A stretch of DNA of 64,000 nt from an uncultured delta proteobacterium (GTDB lineage: Bacteria > Desulfobacterota > Binatia > JACPRU01): NCBI GenBank assembly GCA_963745025.1, contig CAVUWD010000006.1:480001-544000 (forward strand), in the 5' to 3' direction. Position numbers and translations under genes: made by a program. The notes beneath the pieces are model-generated. The model made no database searches. It had not been told where the DNA came from and saw only the letters and a program-made list of their open reading frames with translations. Below are positions 1-9,829 of the stretch, piece after piece (position 1 is the stretch's first letter; each line of letters starts with the position of its first letter).

Positions 1-81
1 GATTCTTTCGTGGGGAAAGCATCCGTCATTCTTTATTACTACGGGGGTCAGTGGATAGAGCTAACCGGCGCTGACTGAGCT

Positions 82-363
82 TTGCGTACGCACACGGGAA
101 ACGGCGCCAAGCGCTCCCTCCAGCGCCATTCGCAGCCGGTCCGGTTTTTGTGGATCGCGATCGTCCTACTCGCTTTCAACCTGGCAGTGACCATAGCGAG
201 TTGCTCTCGGCCCACGGTCACAAAGAGGATCGAATACAAGATCGCTCAGGCCGGACCGAACGTGGGACCGAAGGAGATCGAGGAGGTCCTGAATCAGCTC
301 GGCCAGGACGCCTGGATACTCGTACACACGCTGCCAGGCCTCGGATTCATTCTACGGCGCTGA
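82..363 (+). CDS. small membrane/lipoprotein, DUF4177-like
   Basis: Hydrophobic N-terminal stretch, then IEYKI...EIEEVLNQLGQDAWILV, which resembles DUF4177. Start uncertain. Confidence 0.5.
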   Translation: MRTHTGNGAKRSLQRHSQPVRFLWIAIVLLAFNLAVTIASCSRPTVTKRIEYKIAQAGPNVGPKEIEEVLNQLGQDAWILVHTLPGLGFILRR

Positions 364-418
364 GGTGAGGCGGCGTGACTCCAAACAGCGCGAATGACCA
401 AAGAGGGACAACCGTTGC

Positions 419-501
419 GGATAGGCGGGACAAGCGGCCTGGTTGACGTAATCGCTCCATATCCGACGCTGCCGAACCGACGAGAGACCCCGTTTTTACG
501 G
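419..501 (-). mobile_element. oriIS-like ~85 bp element, copy A (diverged)
   Basis: GGATAGGCGGGACAAGCGGCC...ATATCCGACGCTGCC...CCCCGTTTTTACGG aligns with the copies at 33420, 39396 and 42586. Minus strand ends GCCGCTTGTCCCGCCTATCC. Confidence 0.6.
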
Positions 502-786
502 TCGTGGGCGTTCACGCACATGATCTTCGCGTTGCACTACGCGCACGACTTCTACCACGAGAGCGGCGGCAAGGGCGGCGGCCTCGCGTTTCCCGGCGGA
601 GAGGAGCCTGACTATTGGGACTTCGTCTACTTCTCGTTCGTGATCGGGATGACTTCGCAAGTTTCCGACGTGGCGATCGTCTCCAAGCCGATGCGCCGGA
701 CGGCAGCCGCGCATGGAATCGTCTCCTTCGTGTTCAACGCGGCGTTACTGGCGCTGACCGTCAACATCGCCGCGAGCGCGATCTAG
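502..786 (+). pseudogene. DUF1345 membrane protein, C-terminal fragment
   Basis: SWAFTHMIFALHYAH...FPGGEEPDYWDFVYFSFVIGMTSQVSD is the DUF1345 signature. The N-terminal half is absent and the fragment begins right after copy A. Confidence 0.8.
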
Positions 787-989
787 CCTGACGGTGCGGC
801 GATCGTTGCGTACGGAGGGACCGTGGGCCACCGTGACCGACAGGTCGATCGGGCTTCCGAAGGAGCCCACATATGGGGACCCGCGATGAGGCATCGAACG
901 CGCCGTGCGTCACAACGCTCGTCGGCTTGACGCGCTATGCGCATCTGCGGTTCTATTGCCCCTTGAGCCACCTTTTCCTTCGCGTCGAG

Positions 990-1226
990 CATCACTCAAC
1001 TTCTCGGTCTACCGGCGAGCAACGGCTTTGGACTGCTCTTCTCGACGACGCCCTGAAAGTCTGCCGTGGTCGAAAACCTGCGTCGGACGACGAAAGGAAG
1101 AGAGCTATCGCCTGGATCGCTCGCAGGTCGGACGACGTGGCAGGGTTCGACTGGTGCTGCCGGGCGCTTGGGATCGACCCATCGGCGGCGCATGCCTGCA
1201 TCGGTGAGCAAGGGCTCAGAGCGTAG
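990..1226 (+). CDS. hypothetical protein, possibly a fragment (GEQRLWTALLDDA...FDWCCRALGIDP family)
   Basis: Protein-like C-terminal part of ORF 873-1226. Start unclear. Confidence 0.4.
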   Translation, partial: HHSTSRSTGEQRLWTALLDDALKVCRGRKPASDDERKRAIAWIARRSDDVAGFDWCCRALGIDPSAAHACIGEQGLRA

Positions 1227-1532
1227 CACGAGATCCCCAGGGGGCCGAGACGACCTGCAGTAGTTGCAATCACAGCGCCTGGCCTCCTTTCGAGCCGGTG
1301 CTCGATTTGCTTGCGGTCGAACATGATGAAACCAACCAAAGGGGGACCCAATCACTTTAAGTTCTCGCTGGTCGGGGTGGTTTTTGAGAGATCACTTGAC
1401 CTTTGGTAATGACTCGGGAGCCGCCGAAGGTGTTGATGTCGACCATAGTAAGCAACAATGCCTACGCGTCGCAGAGCGCTGGGACCGGAGTCAGTACCAA
1501 GTCTTCAGACGGAATAAGGAGGAGGACCATTC

Positions 1533-2426
1533 ATGCGCCGCAATATCGAATTCAATGCCGACGGCGTGACGCTGCGCGGCTGGCTTTATGTGCCCGACCA
1601 GAAGACCGGGAAGTTGCCGGTGGTGGTGATGGCGCACGGCTTCACCGCGCTCAAGGAAATGACCCTCGACCGCTACGCCGACGTGTTCTGCAAGGGCGGG
1701 CTGGCGGTGCTGGTCTACGACAACCGCTGCTTGGGTGACAGCGACGGCACGCCGCGACACGACATCGACCCGGTGGCGCAGCGCCGCGATTACCGTTGCG
1801 CCATCACCTTCGCTCAGCAGGAGCCCGAGGTCGATCCGGCACGCGTAGGGATCTGGGGTACCAGCTACACCGGCGGTACGGTGCTCGGCGTGGCGGCGCT
1901 CGACAAGCGCGTGAAGGCAGTGGTCAGCCAGGTGCCCTTCGTGCACGGGCCGAAGAACATTCTGCAATTCCTGCGCCTGGCGGAGATCCCTGACTTTCTC
2001 AAGATGATCGACGAGGATCGCGAGCGCCGCATGAAGGGCGAGCCCTCACGCTACATCCCCGTGACGAGCGACAAGGAGGGTGAGTCTGCCGCCTTCCCCG
2101 GCAGGCGCACGCACAACTACTTCCACGACTACGTGAAGCAGGTGCCCGGCCTGAAGTGGGAAAACAAAGTCACAATCCGCTCGCTGGAGTACCTGCTCGA
2201 TTTTGACGTCACGGGATACATGGAGCTGATCAGCCCCACGCCGCTGCTGATGATCGTCTCCAGCAACGATTCATCAACCCCCACCGATCTGGCGCTGGAG
2301 ATGTACCAGCGGGCGCGCGATCCCAAGGAGCTGTACATCGTCAAAGCGGATCACTATGCCTCGTATCTTGAGGGCTTCGACGGCACCAGCGCGGCGGCGC
2401 GCGATTTCTTTGTGAGGAATCTGTGA
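1533..2426 (+). CDS. alpha/beta hydrolase (peptidase S15/S9-like)
   Basis: Strong SD (AAGGAGGAGG), VVMAHGF, nucleophile elbow GIWGTSYTGG, C-terminal ADHY. Confidence 0.9.
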   Translation: MRRNIEFNADGVTLRGWLYVPDQKTGKLPVVVMAHGFTALKEMTLDRYADVFCKGGLAVLVYDNRCLGDSDGTPRHDIDPVAQRRDYRCAITFAQQEPEVDPARVGIWGTSYTGGTVLGVAALDKRVKAVVSQVPFVHGPKNILQFLRLAEIPDFLKMIDEDRERRMKGEPSRYIPVTSDKEGESAAFPGRRTHNYFHDYVKQVPGLKWENKVTIRSLEYLLDFDVTGYMELISPTPLLMIVSSNDSSTPTDLALEMYQRARDPKELYIVKADHYASYLEGFDGTSAAARDFFVRNL

Positions 2427-2587
2427 CGCTGCTCGTGTCCGTCCTCACCCGTTTGCGCGCCCCACGCGTCGCGCTCAAGCGGTCCTTCGGTACGCAGCGG
2501 CGCGCATCGCCGAGGCATTTGCCAGGATCGAGGCGCTGGTAGCTAGCTGATTTTTGACGAACTGCAAATCAACAGCAAGGAGGTCGT

Positions 2588-3034
2588 ATGGCGAGGCGGA
2601 GAAGACGGGGCGGATTGCAGAAGCTCGGAGCCGATGTTCTTGCCTTAGTAGCGAGCGCTCGCGACGCTAGCAAGGCGGCGCTCCAGGAACTGCGTAGAGA
2701 AATAAGCGTAACAAGACGTTTCTTAGAGAAGCTCATGGCGGAGGAGCGGAGCTTCAGGAGTGAACTATTCGGAGGCGGCGGACCGGGTAGACCACGAGGA
2801 GCGGGCAGGCCCCCGAAGGTTGGCCGACCGCCGGGTGGAGTAACAGCGGTTCGAAGAGCCGCTCGGCGCAAAGGACCTCCGAAGGCTGACCGTTATTACA
2901 AAAAGCTGCCGAGCAAATTTACTATCGACCATGTGCGCAAGCTCGCGGGGAAGGCGGCGGGCATCAGCTTGGCGCAGTGGGCGAGATCGAAGAAGATCAA
3001 GAAGACGGCGAGCGGGTACGAGAAGGTAGCGTAG
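2588..3034 (+). CDS. basic histone-like/nucleoid-associated protein with GRP (AT-hook-like) motifs
   Basis: SD AAGGAGG, very K/R-rich, N-terminal coiled coil, GRPRGAGRPPKVGRPP. A terminator follows. Confidence 0.7.
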   Translation: MARRRRRGGLQKLGADVLALVASARDASKAALQELRREISVTRRFLEKLMAEERSFRSELFGGGGPGRPRGAGRPPKVGRPPGGVTAVRRAARRKGPPKADRYYKKLPSKFTIDHVRKLAGKAAGISLAQWARSKKIKKTASGYEKVA

Positions 3035-3047
3035 CGCGGCGAAACGA

Positions 3048-3080
3048 AGAGGGCTGCACATGTCATGCAGCCCTCTCTTG
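3048..3080 (+). terminator. rho-independent terminator-like hairpin
   Basis: AGAGGGCTGCA-catgtca-TGCAGCCCTCT directly after the stop codon. Confidence 0.65.
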
Positions 3081-3213
3081 TGTCCGGTCGATTAGTCCGG
3101 AAGCGAGAGATTAGTCACGGTCGCCCGCACGACGCACGGGAGATTTCCACGGGCTTCCACGAGTCGTTCGCGCCCATGGCGCTGCCCGCGGATTTCTTAC
3201 CGTGACGTCTGCT

Positions 3214-3822
3214 TTAGTCTTGCTTGTCATCCCCGGCTTTAGGGAGGTTCAGGGTGCCGTCATCGCTGGAGGTGAATTGGATAAGCCCCCCGAAGGCTCC
3301 CGAGATGCCGTTAAACCCGAACTGCAAATAGCTCCCGGTAGCATGAAACTCAATTGTCCCAGTCGCGCCTGCGTATTTCCCCGTTCCCCCAATGGCCTCG
3401 GTCTGCCCCGAGGAGGTAAACGTCAAAGGAAGGGTCGACGCATGGAGACAGAGCGTCTGCTGGGAATTCATAAGAAAGAGCTGATCCTCGGTTTTCTCGT
3501 CTGTCCAAACGCCACGTTGTTGTCCCTGGGTCGAGTCGATATGTAATTCCTCGTCTGTCCCTGGTGGACATGTGGTTACGGTGGGTTGGAGAATAAGTTC
3601 ACCCTCTTCCTGGAAGAAAAACCTAGCAATGTTACAATTCACGAGCCCTTGATCCAAGCTCGCGGATGCCCCGTCGCCGTCGGTATCGATGTTCGTTTCC
3701 ACGCCAGGAGTGCCAGTCCCAGCGCCCTTACAGTGAACTTGCAGCGTTTTGGCTTGAGCGGCGCCAATGATGGTGATGAGCAGGAGTAAGGCGATTCCCA
3801 ATGCAAAATGACGAGTCTGCAT
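3214..3822 (-). CDS. secreted beta-rich protein, dirigent/allene-oxide-cyclase-like (paralog 1)
   Basis: SD AAAAGGAG, signal peptide ending AAQA-K, IGGTGKYAGATG motif. Clear paralog of 21335-21934. Confidence 0.8.
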   Translation of the reverse strand: MQTRHFALGIALLLLITIIGAAQAKTLQVHCKGAGTGTPGVETNIDTDGDGASASLDQGLVNCNIARFFFQEEGELILQPTVTTCPPGTDEELHIDSTQGQQRGVWTDEKTEDQLFLMNSQQTLCLHASTLPLTFTSSGQTEAIGGTGKYAGATGTIEFHATGSYLQFGFNGISGAFGGLIQFTSSDDGTLNLPKAGDDKQD

Positions 3823-3953
3823 ACGATTGCTCCTTTTCGATCGGTTCTGGCGGCTTCGATGCCCAGCCAACGGTTTCAGAATGAAGAATAGTGACGGTAG
3901 CGTTGGTACACATACCAACGTCCGCCACGCGGGACGAGGGAACGAAGTGAAAT

Positions 3954-4331
3954 CTAGTAGGGATCTATGAAGGAAGTGCCCGAAGTTCGTCGCTCAACTG
4001 AGGGGCGTCGCTTCGAGGGCACGGGATGCTGGTCGCGGAGCGCCAGAGGCGATCTCGCGGCTACCGAAAGGCGCTCTGCTCTGAACTCCGTTGCGTCGCC
4101 CACGCTTTCAGCGAGCCCATTCTCGTGCTTCGAGAAGTCCTCGGTTGAGTCGTTCGGCGACTCGCAAAGAAGGGAGCCGTCTGAATCGTTGTCGACATCG
4201 TCGCAGACAATCGGGGTGATCTCGTAAGAGTACTCGATCGTCGCGGGCCCTATTGCAAAGAGGAATAGTGTGCCGCTCAGAAAAGACGTGAAGCGGGCTC
4301 GACAACTATTGGAAGGGCTTTGACAATGCAT
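3954..4331 (-). CDS. leader-like hypothetical protein upstream of secreted protein (paralog 1)
   Basis: Shares LFLFA.G...YSYEI.P, DFSKHE, RDQHP.P and RR.SG...DP(Y/H)-stop with the ORF at 22184. Confidence 0.6.
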   Translation of the reverse strand: MHCQSPSNSCRARFTSFLSGTLFLFAIGPATIEYSYEITPIVCDDVDNDSDGSLLCESPNDSTEDFSKHENGLAESVGDATEFRAERLSVAARSPLALRDQHPVPSKRRPSVERRTSGTSFIDPY

Positions 4332-4481
4332 AGCTAAGGCAAGTCTCAGTCCCTAGGAGAAAACTGCTAAGGCACCTGTCTGCACTGTTGTCAAGAGAAT
4401 TCGTACAATTTCGGTAAGGCCTCAGTCTCCGTAGGGGGAGGAAGGCTTGCGTGTTACGTATGTCTTATGCATACGTAAGGC

Positions 4482-4799
4482 ATGGACGACGTTACCCGGT
4501 TCCTGGAGGAGATCAGGAAGCTTTGGCCGGTGGCGCGGGGCACCTTGGCCGAGGTTGCCAAGCCGTGCATTCGGCGGGGCTGTGCAGCCTGTGAACGCGG
4601 CGAGAAGCACGCGGCGTTCAACTTCACCTTTCGCAAGGGCACGAAGCGTCGCTGCCTGTACGTGCCCCGCGAGCTGGTACCGACACTGGAACGAGCACTC
4701 GAGAACGGGCGGCGCGTCGAAGAGCGAATGGTGGAGATCGCCGAGGGGCTGATCCTGGCGCACCGCCGCACGCGAAAGCGGCGACCCCCGACACGATAG
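4482..4799 (+). CDS. IS66-associated DUF6788-like protein
   Basis: GTL...C.R.GC..C..GEKH...LYVP motif, upstream of the transposase. Confidence 0.75.
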   Translation: MDDVTRFLEEIRKLWPVARGTLAEVAKPCIRRGCAACERGEKHAAFNFTFRKGTKRRCLYVPRELVPTLERALENGRRVEERMVEIAEGLILAHRRTRKRRPPTR

Positions 4800-4818
4800 G
4801 CGCAGCGCGGGACGGGCG

Positions 4819-6225
4819 GTGGTGGGCGGCGAGGGATACTGCAGGGCATGCCTGGAGAAGCAGCGCGAGATCGATGGTCTGACGGAACAGATCAAGCTTC
4901 TTCGCGATCGACTTCGCTACCAGGAGCGCATCGCGCGCGCGGAAGGTCCCTTCGGCTCCTCGACCCCGTCGTCGAAGATCCCCCTCAAAGCCAACACCGA
5001 GCTCTCGCTCGAGGATCGACAAGCCCGTCGCGGCGGTGCCAAACCCGGGCACGTGGGACACGGACGGAGAACGGCGAAGGAGAGCGAGGCGGACGAGGTC
5101 GTAACTCTCGAAGTGGCCGAACAAACCTGCCCGCACTGCGGCGTGGAGCTCGAAGAGCGCCGCTTCGAGCCTCGCACCGTGATCGACATCCCACCGCCAC
5201 GGACGCGCACGATCCTCTACCGACTCGGCGCCCGGCGCTGTCCTCGCTGTCGGCGCCACTTCCGCGCTCGCGCTCCGGAGGGGGTATTACCCCGCGCGCT
5301 TCTCGGCAACCAGCTGCTCGCCCATCTCGCCGTGCAGCATTACCTCTTCGGCGTTCCGCTCGGGCGCCTCGAAGCGCAGATTTCCATCGGCTACGGCACC
5401 CTCGTCGGGGCGCTCCATCGGCTCGCACGGCTATTCGCCGCTGTGCCCGAACGGCTCGTGCTGGAGTACCGAGCCTCGCCCGTCAAGCACGCTGACGAAA
5501 CGGGTTGGAGAAACGATGGGCACAACGGCTACGCGTGGCTGTTCGCCACGGCTACGATCAGCATCTTCCGCTTCCGCTCTACGCGCTCAGCCTCCGTCGC
5601 ACAGGAGGTCTTCGGCACCGGCCCGCTCCCCGGCGTCCTCGGCGTCGACCGCTACAACGGTTACAACAAGGCGCCCGTGGCTCTGCAGTATTGCTACGCG
5701 CACCTGCTGCGCGAGGTCCAGGACTGCGGCCGAGAGTTTGAAGACAACGCCGAGGTCCAGCTCTTCGTCGACACCTTCGCCCCCTTGCTCGCAACTGCCA
5801 TGACACTACGACGCATCGCTATCAGCGACGACGATTTCCGCCGCCAGGCCGGTGCTCTGAAACAACAGATCCTCGATGCCGTCGGGGCACCCGCCCTCCA
5901 CCCTGCCATCCACCGCCTCCAGGGCATCTTTCGCGATCACCCCGAGCGGCTCTACCACTGGGCTGCCGACCGCTCCGTGCCGGCTGACAACAACCTCGCC
6001 GAGCGCGAGCTGCGACCGCTGATCATCGCCCGCAAGGTGAGCTTCGGCTCGCAGTCCGATGCTGGCGCCCGCACCCGCGAGATCCTCATGACGACGCTCG
6101 TCACGCTACGCCGTCGCCACCCTGATGACTACGGGCAGCGATTCAAAGCTGCCCTCGATCGCCTCGCTCTCGATCCCTCCGCTGACACCTACCGCCTCCT
6201 CTTCCGCAATCACTCGCCTCCGTGA
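4819..6225 (+). CDS. tnpC: IS66 family transposase
   Basis: Coiled coil, GAKPGHVGH, CPHCG zinc finger, HADETGW, VDRY, QYCYAHLLR, DNNLAERELR. Confidence 0.95.
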   Translation: MVGGEGYCRACLEKQREIDGLTEQIKLLRDRLRYQERIARAEGPFGSSTPSSKIPLKANTELSLEDRQARRGGAKPGHVGHGRRTAKESEADEVVTLEVAEQTCPHCGVELEERRFEPRTVIDIPPPRTRTILYRLGARRCPRCRRHFRARAPEGVLPRALLGNQLLAHLAVQHYLFGVPLGRLEAQISIGYGTLVGALHRLARLFAAVPERLVLEYRASPVKHADETGWRNDGHNGYAWLFATATISIFRFRSTRSASVAQEVFGTGPLPGVLGVDRYNGYNKAPVALQYCYAHLLREVQDCGREFEDNAEVQLFVDTFAPLLATAMTLRRIAISDDDFRRQAGALKQQILDAVGAPALHPAIHRLQGIFRDHPERLYHWAADRSVPADNNLAERELRPLIIARKVSFGSQSDAGARTREILMTTLVTLRRRHPDDYGQRFKAALDRLALDPSADTYRLLFRNHSPP

Positions 6226-6371
6226 TCGCGGCCTCCTCCCCATCCTCGCTGGTCGTGCCGGCCGCACGCCCCTACGACGGAGACTGAGGCCTTACCTTCT
6301 GGAGTAAGGCCTCAGTCTCCGTAGGGGGAGGAAGGCTTGCGTGTTACGTATGTCTTATGCATACGTAAGGC

Positions 6372-6689
6372 ATGGACGACGTTACCCGGTTCCTGGAGGA
6401 GATCAGGAAGCTTTGGCCGGTGGCGCGGGGCACCTTGGCCGAGGTTGCCAAGCCGTGCATTCGGCGGGGCTGTGCAGCCTGTGAACGCGGCGAGAAGCAC
6501 GCGGCGTTCAACTTCACCTTTCGCAAGGGCACGAAGCGTCGCTGCCTGTACGTGCCCCGCGAGCTGGTACCGACACTGGAACGAGCACTCGAGAACGGGC
6601 GGCGCGTCGAAGAGCGAATGGTGGAGATCGCCGAGGGGCTGATCCTGGCGCACCGCCGCACGCGAAAGCGGCGACCCCCGACACGATAG
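6372..6689 (+). CDS. IS66-associated DUF6788-like protein
   Basis: Same protein as 4482-4799. Confidence 0.75.
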   Translation: MDDVTRFLEEIRKLWPVARGTLAEVAKPCIRRGCAACERGEKHAAFNFTFRKGTKRRCLYVPRELVPTLERALENGRRVEERMVEIAEGLILAHRRTRKRRPPTR

Positions 6690-6708
6690 GCGCAGCGCGG
6701 GACGGGCG

Positions 6709-8115
6709 GTGGTGGGCGGCGAGGGATACTGCAGGGCATGCCTGGAGAAGCAGCGCGAGATCGATGGTCTGACGGAACAGATCAAGCTTCTTCGCGATCG
6801 ACTTCGCTACCAGGAGCGCATCGCGCGCGCGGAAGGTCCCTTCGGCTCCTCGACCCCGTCGTCGAAGATCCCCCTCAAAGCCAACACCGAGCTCTCGCTC
6901 GAGGATCGACAAGCCCGTCGCGGCGGTGCCAAACCCGGGCACGTGGGACACGGACGGAGAACGGCGAAGGAGAGCGAGGCGGACGAGGTCGTAACTCTCG
7001 AAGTGGCCGAACAAACCTGCCCGCACTGCGGCGTGGAGCTCGAAGAGCGCCGCTTCGAGCCTCGCACCGTGATCGACATCCCACCGCCACGGACGCGCAC
7101 GATCCTCTACCGACTCGGCGCCCGGCGCTGTCCTCGCTGTCGGCGCCACTTCCGCGCTCGCGCTCCGGAGGGGGTATTACCCCGCGCGCTTCTCGGCAAC
7201 CAGCTGCTCGCCCATCTCGCCGTGCAGCATTACCTCTTCGGCGTTCCGCTCGGGCGCCTCGAAGCGCAGATTTCCATCGGCTACGGCACCCTCGTCGGGG
7301 CGCTCCATCGGCTCGCACGGCTATTCGCCGCTGTGCCCGAACGGCTCGTGCTGGAGTACCGAGCCTCGCCCGTCAAGCACGCTGACGAAACGGGTTGGAG
7401 AAACGATGGGCACAACGGCTACGCGTGGCTGTTCGCCACGGCTACGATCAGCATCTTCCGCTTCCGCTCTACGCGCTCAGCCTCCGTCGCACAGGAGGTC
7501 TTCGGCACCGGCCCGCTCCCCGGCGTCCTCGGCGTCGACCGCTACAACGGTTACAACAAGGCGCCCGTGGCTCTGCAGTATTGCTACGCGCACCTGCTGC
7601 GCGAGGTCCAGGACTGCGGCCGAGAGTTTGAAGACAACGCCGAGGTCCAGCTCTTCGTCGACACCTTCGCCCCCTTGCTCGCAACTGCCATGACACTACG
7701 ACGCATCGCTATCAGCGACGACGATTTCCGCCGCCAGGCCGGTGCTCTGAAACAACAGATCCTCGATGCCGTCGGGGCACCCGCCCTCCACCCTGCCATC
7801 CACCGCCTCCAGGGTATCTTTCGCGATCACCCCGAGCGGCTCTACCACTGGGCTGCCGACCGCTCCGTGCCGGCTGACAACAACCTCGCCGAGCGCGAGC
7901 TGCGACCGCTGATCATCGCCCGCAAGGTGAGCTTCGGCTCGCAGTCCGATGCTGGCGCCCGCACCCGCGAGATCCTCATGACGACGCTCGTCACGCTACG
8001 CCGTCGCCACCCTGATGACTACGGGCAGCGATTCAAAGCTGCCCTCGATCGCCTCGCTCTCGATCCCTCCGCTGACACCTACCGCCTCCTCTTCCGCAAT
8101 CACTCGCCTCCGTGA
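6709..8115 (+). CDS. tnpC: IS66 family transposase
   Basis: Same protein as 4819-6225. Confidence 0.95.
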   Translation: MVGGEGYCRACLEKQREIDGLTEQIKLLRDRLRYQERIARAEGPFGSSTPSSKIPLKANTELSLEDRQARRGGAKPGHVGHGRRTAKESEADEVVTLEVAEQTCPHCGVELEERRFEPRTVIDIPPPRTRTILYRLGARRCPRCRRHFRARAPEGVLPRALLGNQLLAHLAVQHYLFGVPLGRLEAQISIGYGTLVGALHRLARLFAAVPERLVLEYRASPVKHADETGWRNDGHNGYAWLFATATISIFRFRSTRSASVAQEVFGTGPLPGVLGVDRYNGYNKAPVALQYCYAHLLREVQDCGREFEDNAEVQLFVDTFAPLLATAMTLRRIAISDDDFRRQAGALKQQILDAVGAPALHPAIHRLQGIFRDHPERLYHWAADRSVPADNNLAERELRPLIIARKVSFGSQSDAGARTREILMTTLVTLRRRHPDDYGQRFKAALDRLALDPSADTYRLLFRNHSPP

Positions 8116-8273
8116 TCGCGGCCTCCTCCCCATCCTCGCTGGTCGTGCCGGCCGCACGCCCCTACGACGGAGACTGAGGCCTTACCTTCTGGAGTGGATT
8201 TCCTTTGCTTGCGAGCCCCCGAGGGTGCTAGCGTTGTGGTCCTTTTCAGGAGCCACAAAGAAACGGAAGGCCC

Positions 8274-9134
8274 GTGAAGGCACTCGGTGTCGTGTTGGTG
8301 GCATCCCTCCTCGCCTTCGAGGGCCCGGCGCTCGCCAAGACGGTTACGAAGTCCAAGAGCTATAGTCTTCCGACCTCATCGCCGGACGGTAAGGCGACGT
8401 GCACGGTCATCGTCGTGGGGAAGAAGCTTGCGAACACCGACGCCGACCTCACCATCGGGCTCAACGCGCAGGCCGACGAGGCGCAGATCGCGTCCCTGCA
8501 GATCGGCTCCGGGACCTTTCCCGCGTGCGACGCCTTTCCCGACAGCCCGAGCCAGACCACGATCCCGGTGCCAAAACGGAAAAGGTCTTTCCGCTTCGAG
8601 TGGAACATGGACGTCCACTCGCATCCGGGCTCCGACTGCTCCGTGGGGGACTTGGCGACCGGCGTCGTGACCGCAACGCTCAAGGGACCGAACATCCGCA
8701 AGAGGAAGTTCAAGCTCCAGGGCGACTGCTTCTCCCCACCGCCCCCGCCAACGCCGACCCCGACGCCAGCGAGCGGGTCGCTGGAGGGAACGTACGCAGG
8801 GACCTGGACGTACCCCTTCTTTTGCGACCCCCAGCCCCAGAACTGTTCGGGGGGGGTGGATTTTGGGAAGGTGTACGTCTTCGGGGGCGCGAATGGACAG
8901 GATCGCCTGCTGATTCAGGCGCTCAACTTCGGCAACTGTTGGGCGCTCACCGTCGCGCCTAACGGAAGCCTTACAGGCGCAATCGACCAGAGCAATTCCG
9001 CATGCGCGAGCCTACCTGGCTACACTCTCGACGGCACTCTGACGGGAGGGCATCTCGCCTTCGAAATCGTGCTCGGAGGAGTCGTCTATTGGACTTTCGA
9101 CGGATCATGGATCTGTCCAGACCAGTGCTTCTGA
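8274..9134 (+). CDS. secreted two-domain protein with Pro/Thr linker
   Basis: Signal peptide ending PALA-K, PPPPPTPTPTP linker, Cys-containing domains. Confidence 0.75.
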   Translation: MKALGVVLVASLLAFEGPALAKTVTKSKSYSLPTSSPDGKATCTVIVVGKKLANTDADLTIGLNAQADEAQIASLQIGSGTFPACDAFPDSPSQTTIPVPKRKRSFRFEWNMDVHSHPGSDCSVGDLATGVVTATLKGPNIRKRKFKLQGDCFSPPPPPTPTPTPASGSLEGTYAGTWTYPFFCDPQPQNCSGGVDFGKVYVFGGANGQDRLLIQALNFGNCWALTVAPNGSLTGAIDQSNSACASLPGYTLDGTLTGGHLAFEIVLGGVVYWTFDGSWICPDQCF

Positions 9135-9230
9135 CCTGAGCCGCGCTCTCCTTGCCCTCCACCATCGGCCGGGCGCGCAACGTCTTCTAGCCTTGATTCT
9201 TCCAGGCTACCGTTGCGTCCATGTTCACAC

Positions 9231-9704
9231 CTATTCGTCTGCGGCCTCGGCGACGAAATCCCCCACGCTGCCGCCGGTGATGTCCACCAGGACGTCGAAC
9301 GTCATGGGTACGGCCGAAGAGTCGGTGCCCGCAGCAGGATAGATCGTTTCATACGCGGAGAGACTGCGATCGATGAAGAGCGATATCGCGGCATCGATAC
9401 CGAACGGGCAGACCGCCCCCGGCCCGAACCCGGTCGCGGCGAGTGTTTCCTCTGCGCTCGCCATGCGCGACTTCACCCCAGTGACAGCCTTCAGCTTCGA
9501 AGATGAGATGCGACGGTCGCCGGGAGATACCACCATGAAGAACCGCCCGTCCTTGCCGACGAACAGGAGCGACTTGGCGATCTGGCCCACCTTGGCGCCG
9601 AGCTGCTGCGCGGCCAGCACGGACGTGGCCGTGCTTCCCGGCGCGAACTCTTTCGCCGTGAGTCCCTTTGCGGCGAGCACGGTGCGGACCTTTTCGGGAA
9701 TCAC
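9231..9704 (-). CDS. YbaK/EbsC family aminoacyl-tRNA deacylase
   Basis: GQIAKSLLF, TGFGPGAVCPFG, IYPAAGT motifs. GTG start. Confidence 0.9.
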   Translation of the reverse strand: MIPEKVRTVLAAKGLTAKEFAPGSTATSVLAAQQLGAKVGQIAKSLLFVGKDGRFFMVVSPGDRRISSSKLKAVTGVKSRMASAEETLAATGFGPGAVCPFGIDAAISLFIDRSLSAYETIYPAAGTDSSAVPMTFDVLVDITGGSVGDFVAEAADE

Positions 9705-9829
9705 GGGCTGGAAGTCTATTCGCCGGGGAGGGTAGCCGCTACAAAGCCGCATTCCGGTTCGAAATCGGCGGGTCGCTCGGCTTCTTGAGCCGCATCCAGC
9801 CCAGCTGCACCTTTTCGACATACGGCGCA

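Larger units (their letters stand above)
4414..6295 (+). mobile_element. IS66-family element, copy 1
   Basis: TIRs GTAAGGCCTCAGTCTCCGT...ACGGAGACTGAGGCCTTAC enclose a small ORF and an IS66 transposase. Confidence 0.95.
6304..8185 (+). mobile_element. IS66-family element, copy 2 (tandem, after 8-bp spacer CTTCTGGA)
   Basis: Repeat of 4414-6295 at +1890. One difference seen: C5925 vs T7815. Confidence 0.95.

Noticed and set aside
3113-3130. AGTCA..GTCGCCCGCA similarity to about 21137-21154, downstream of both secreted paralogs
   Set aside because: A 10-bp match in GC-rich DNA could be chance, and the 55-bp repeat core is absent here.
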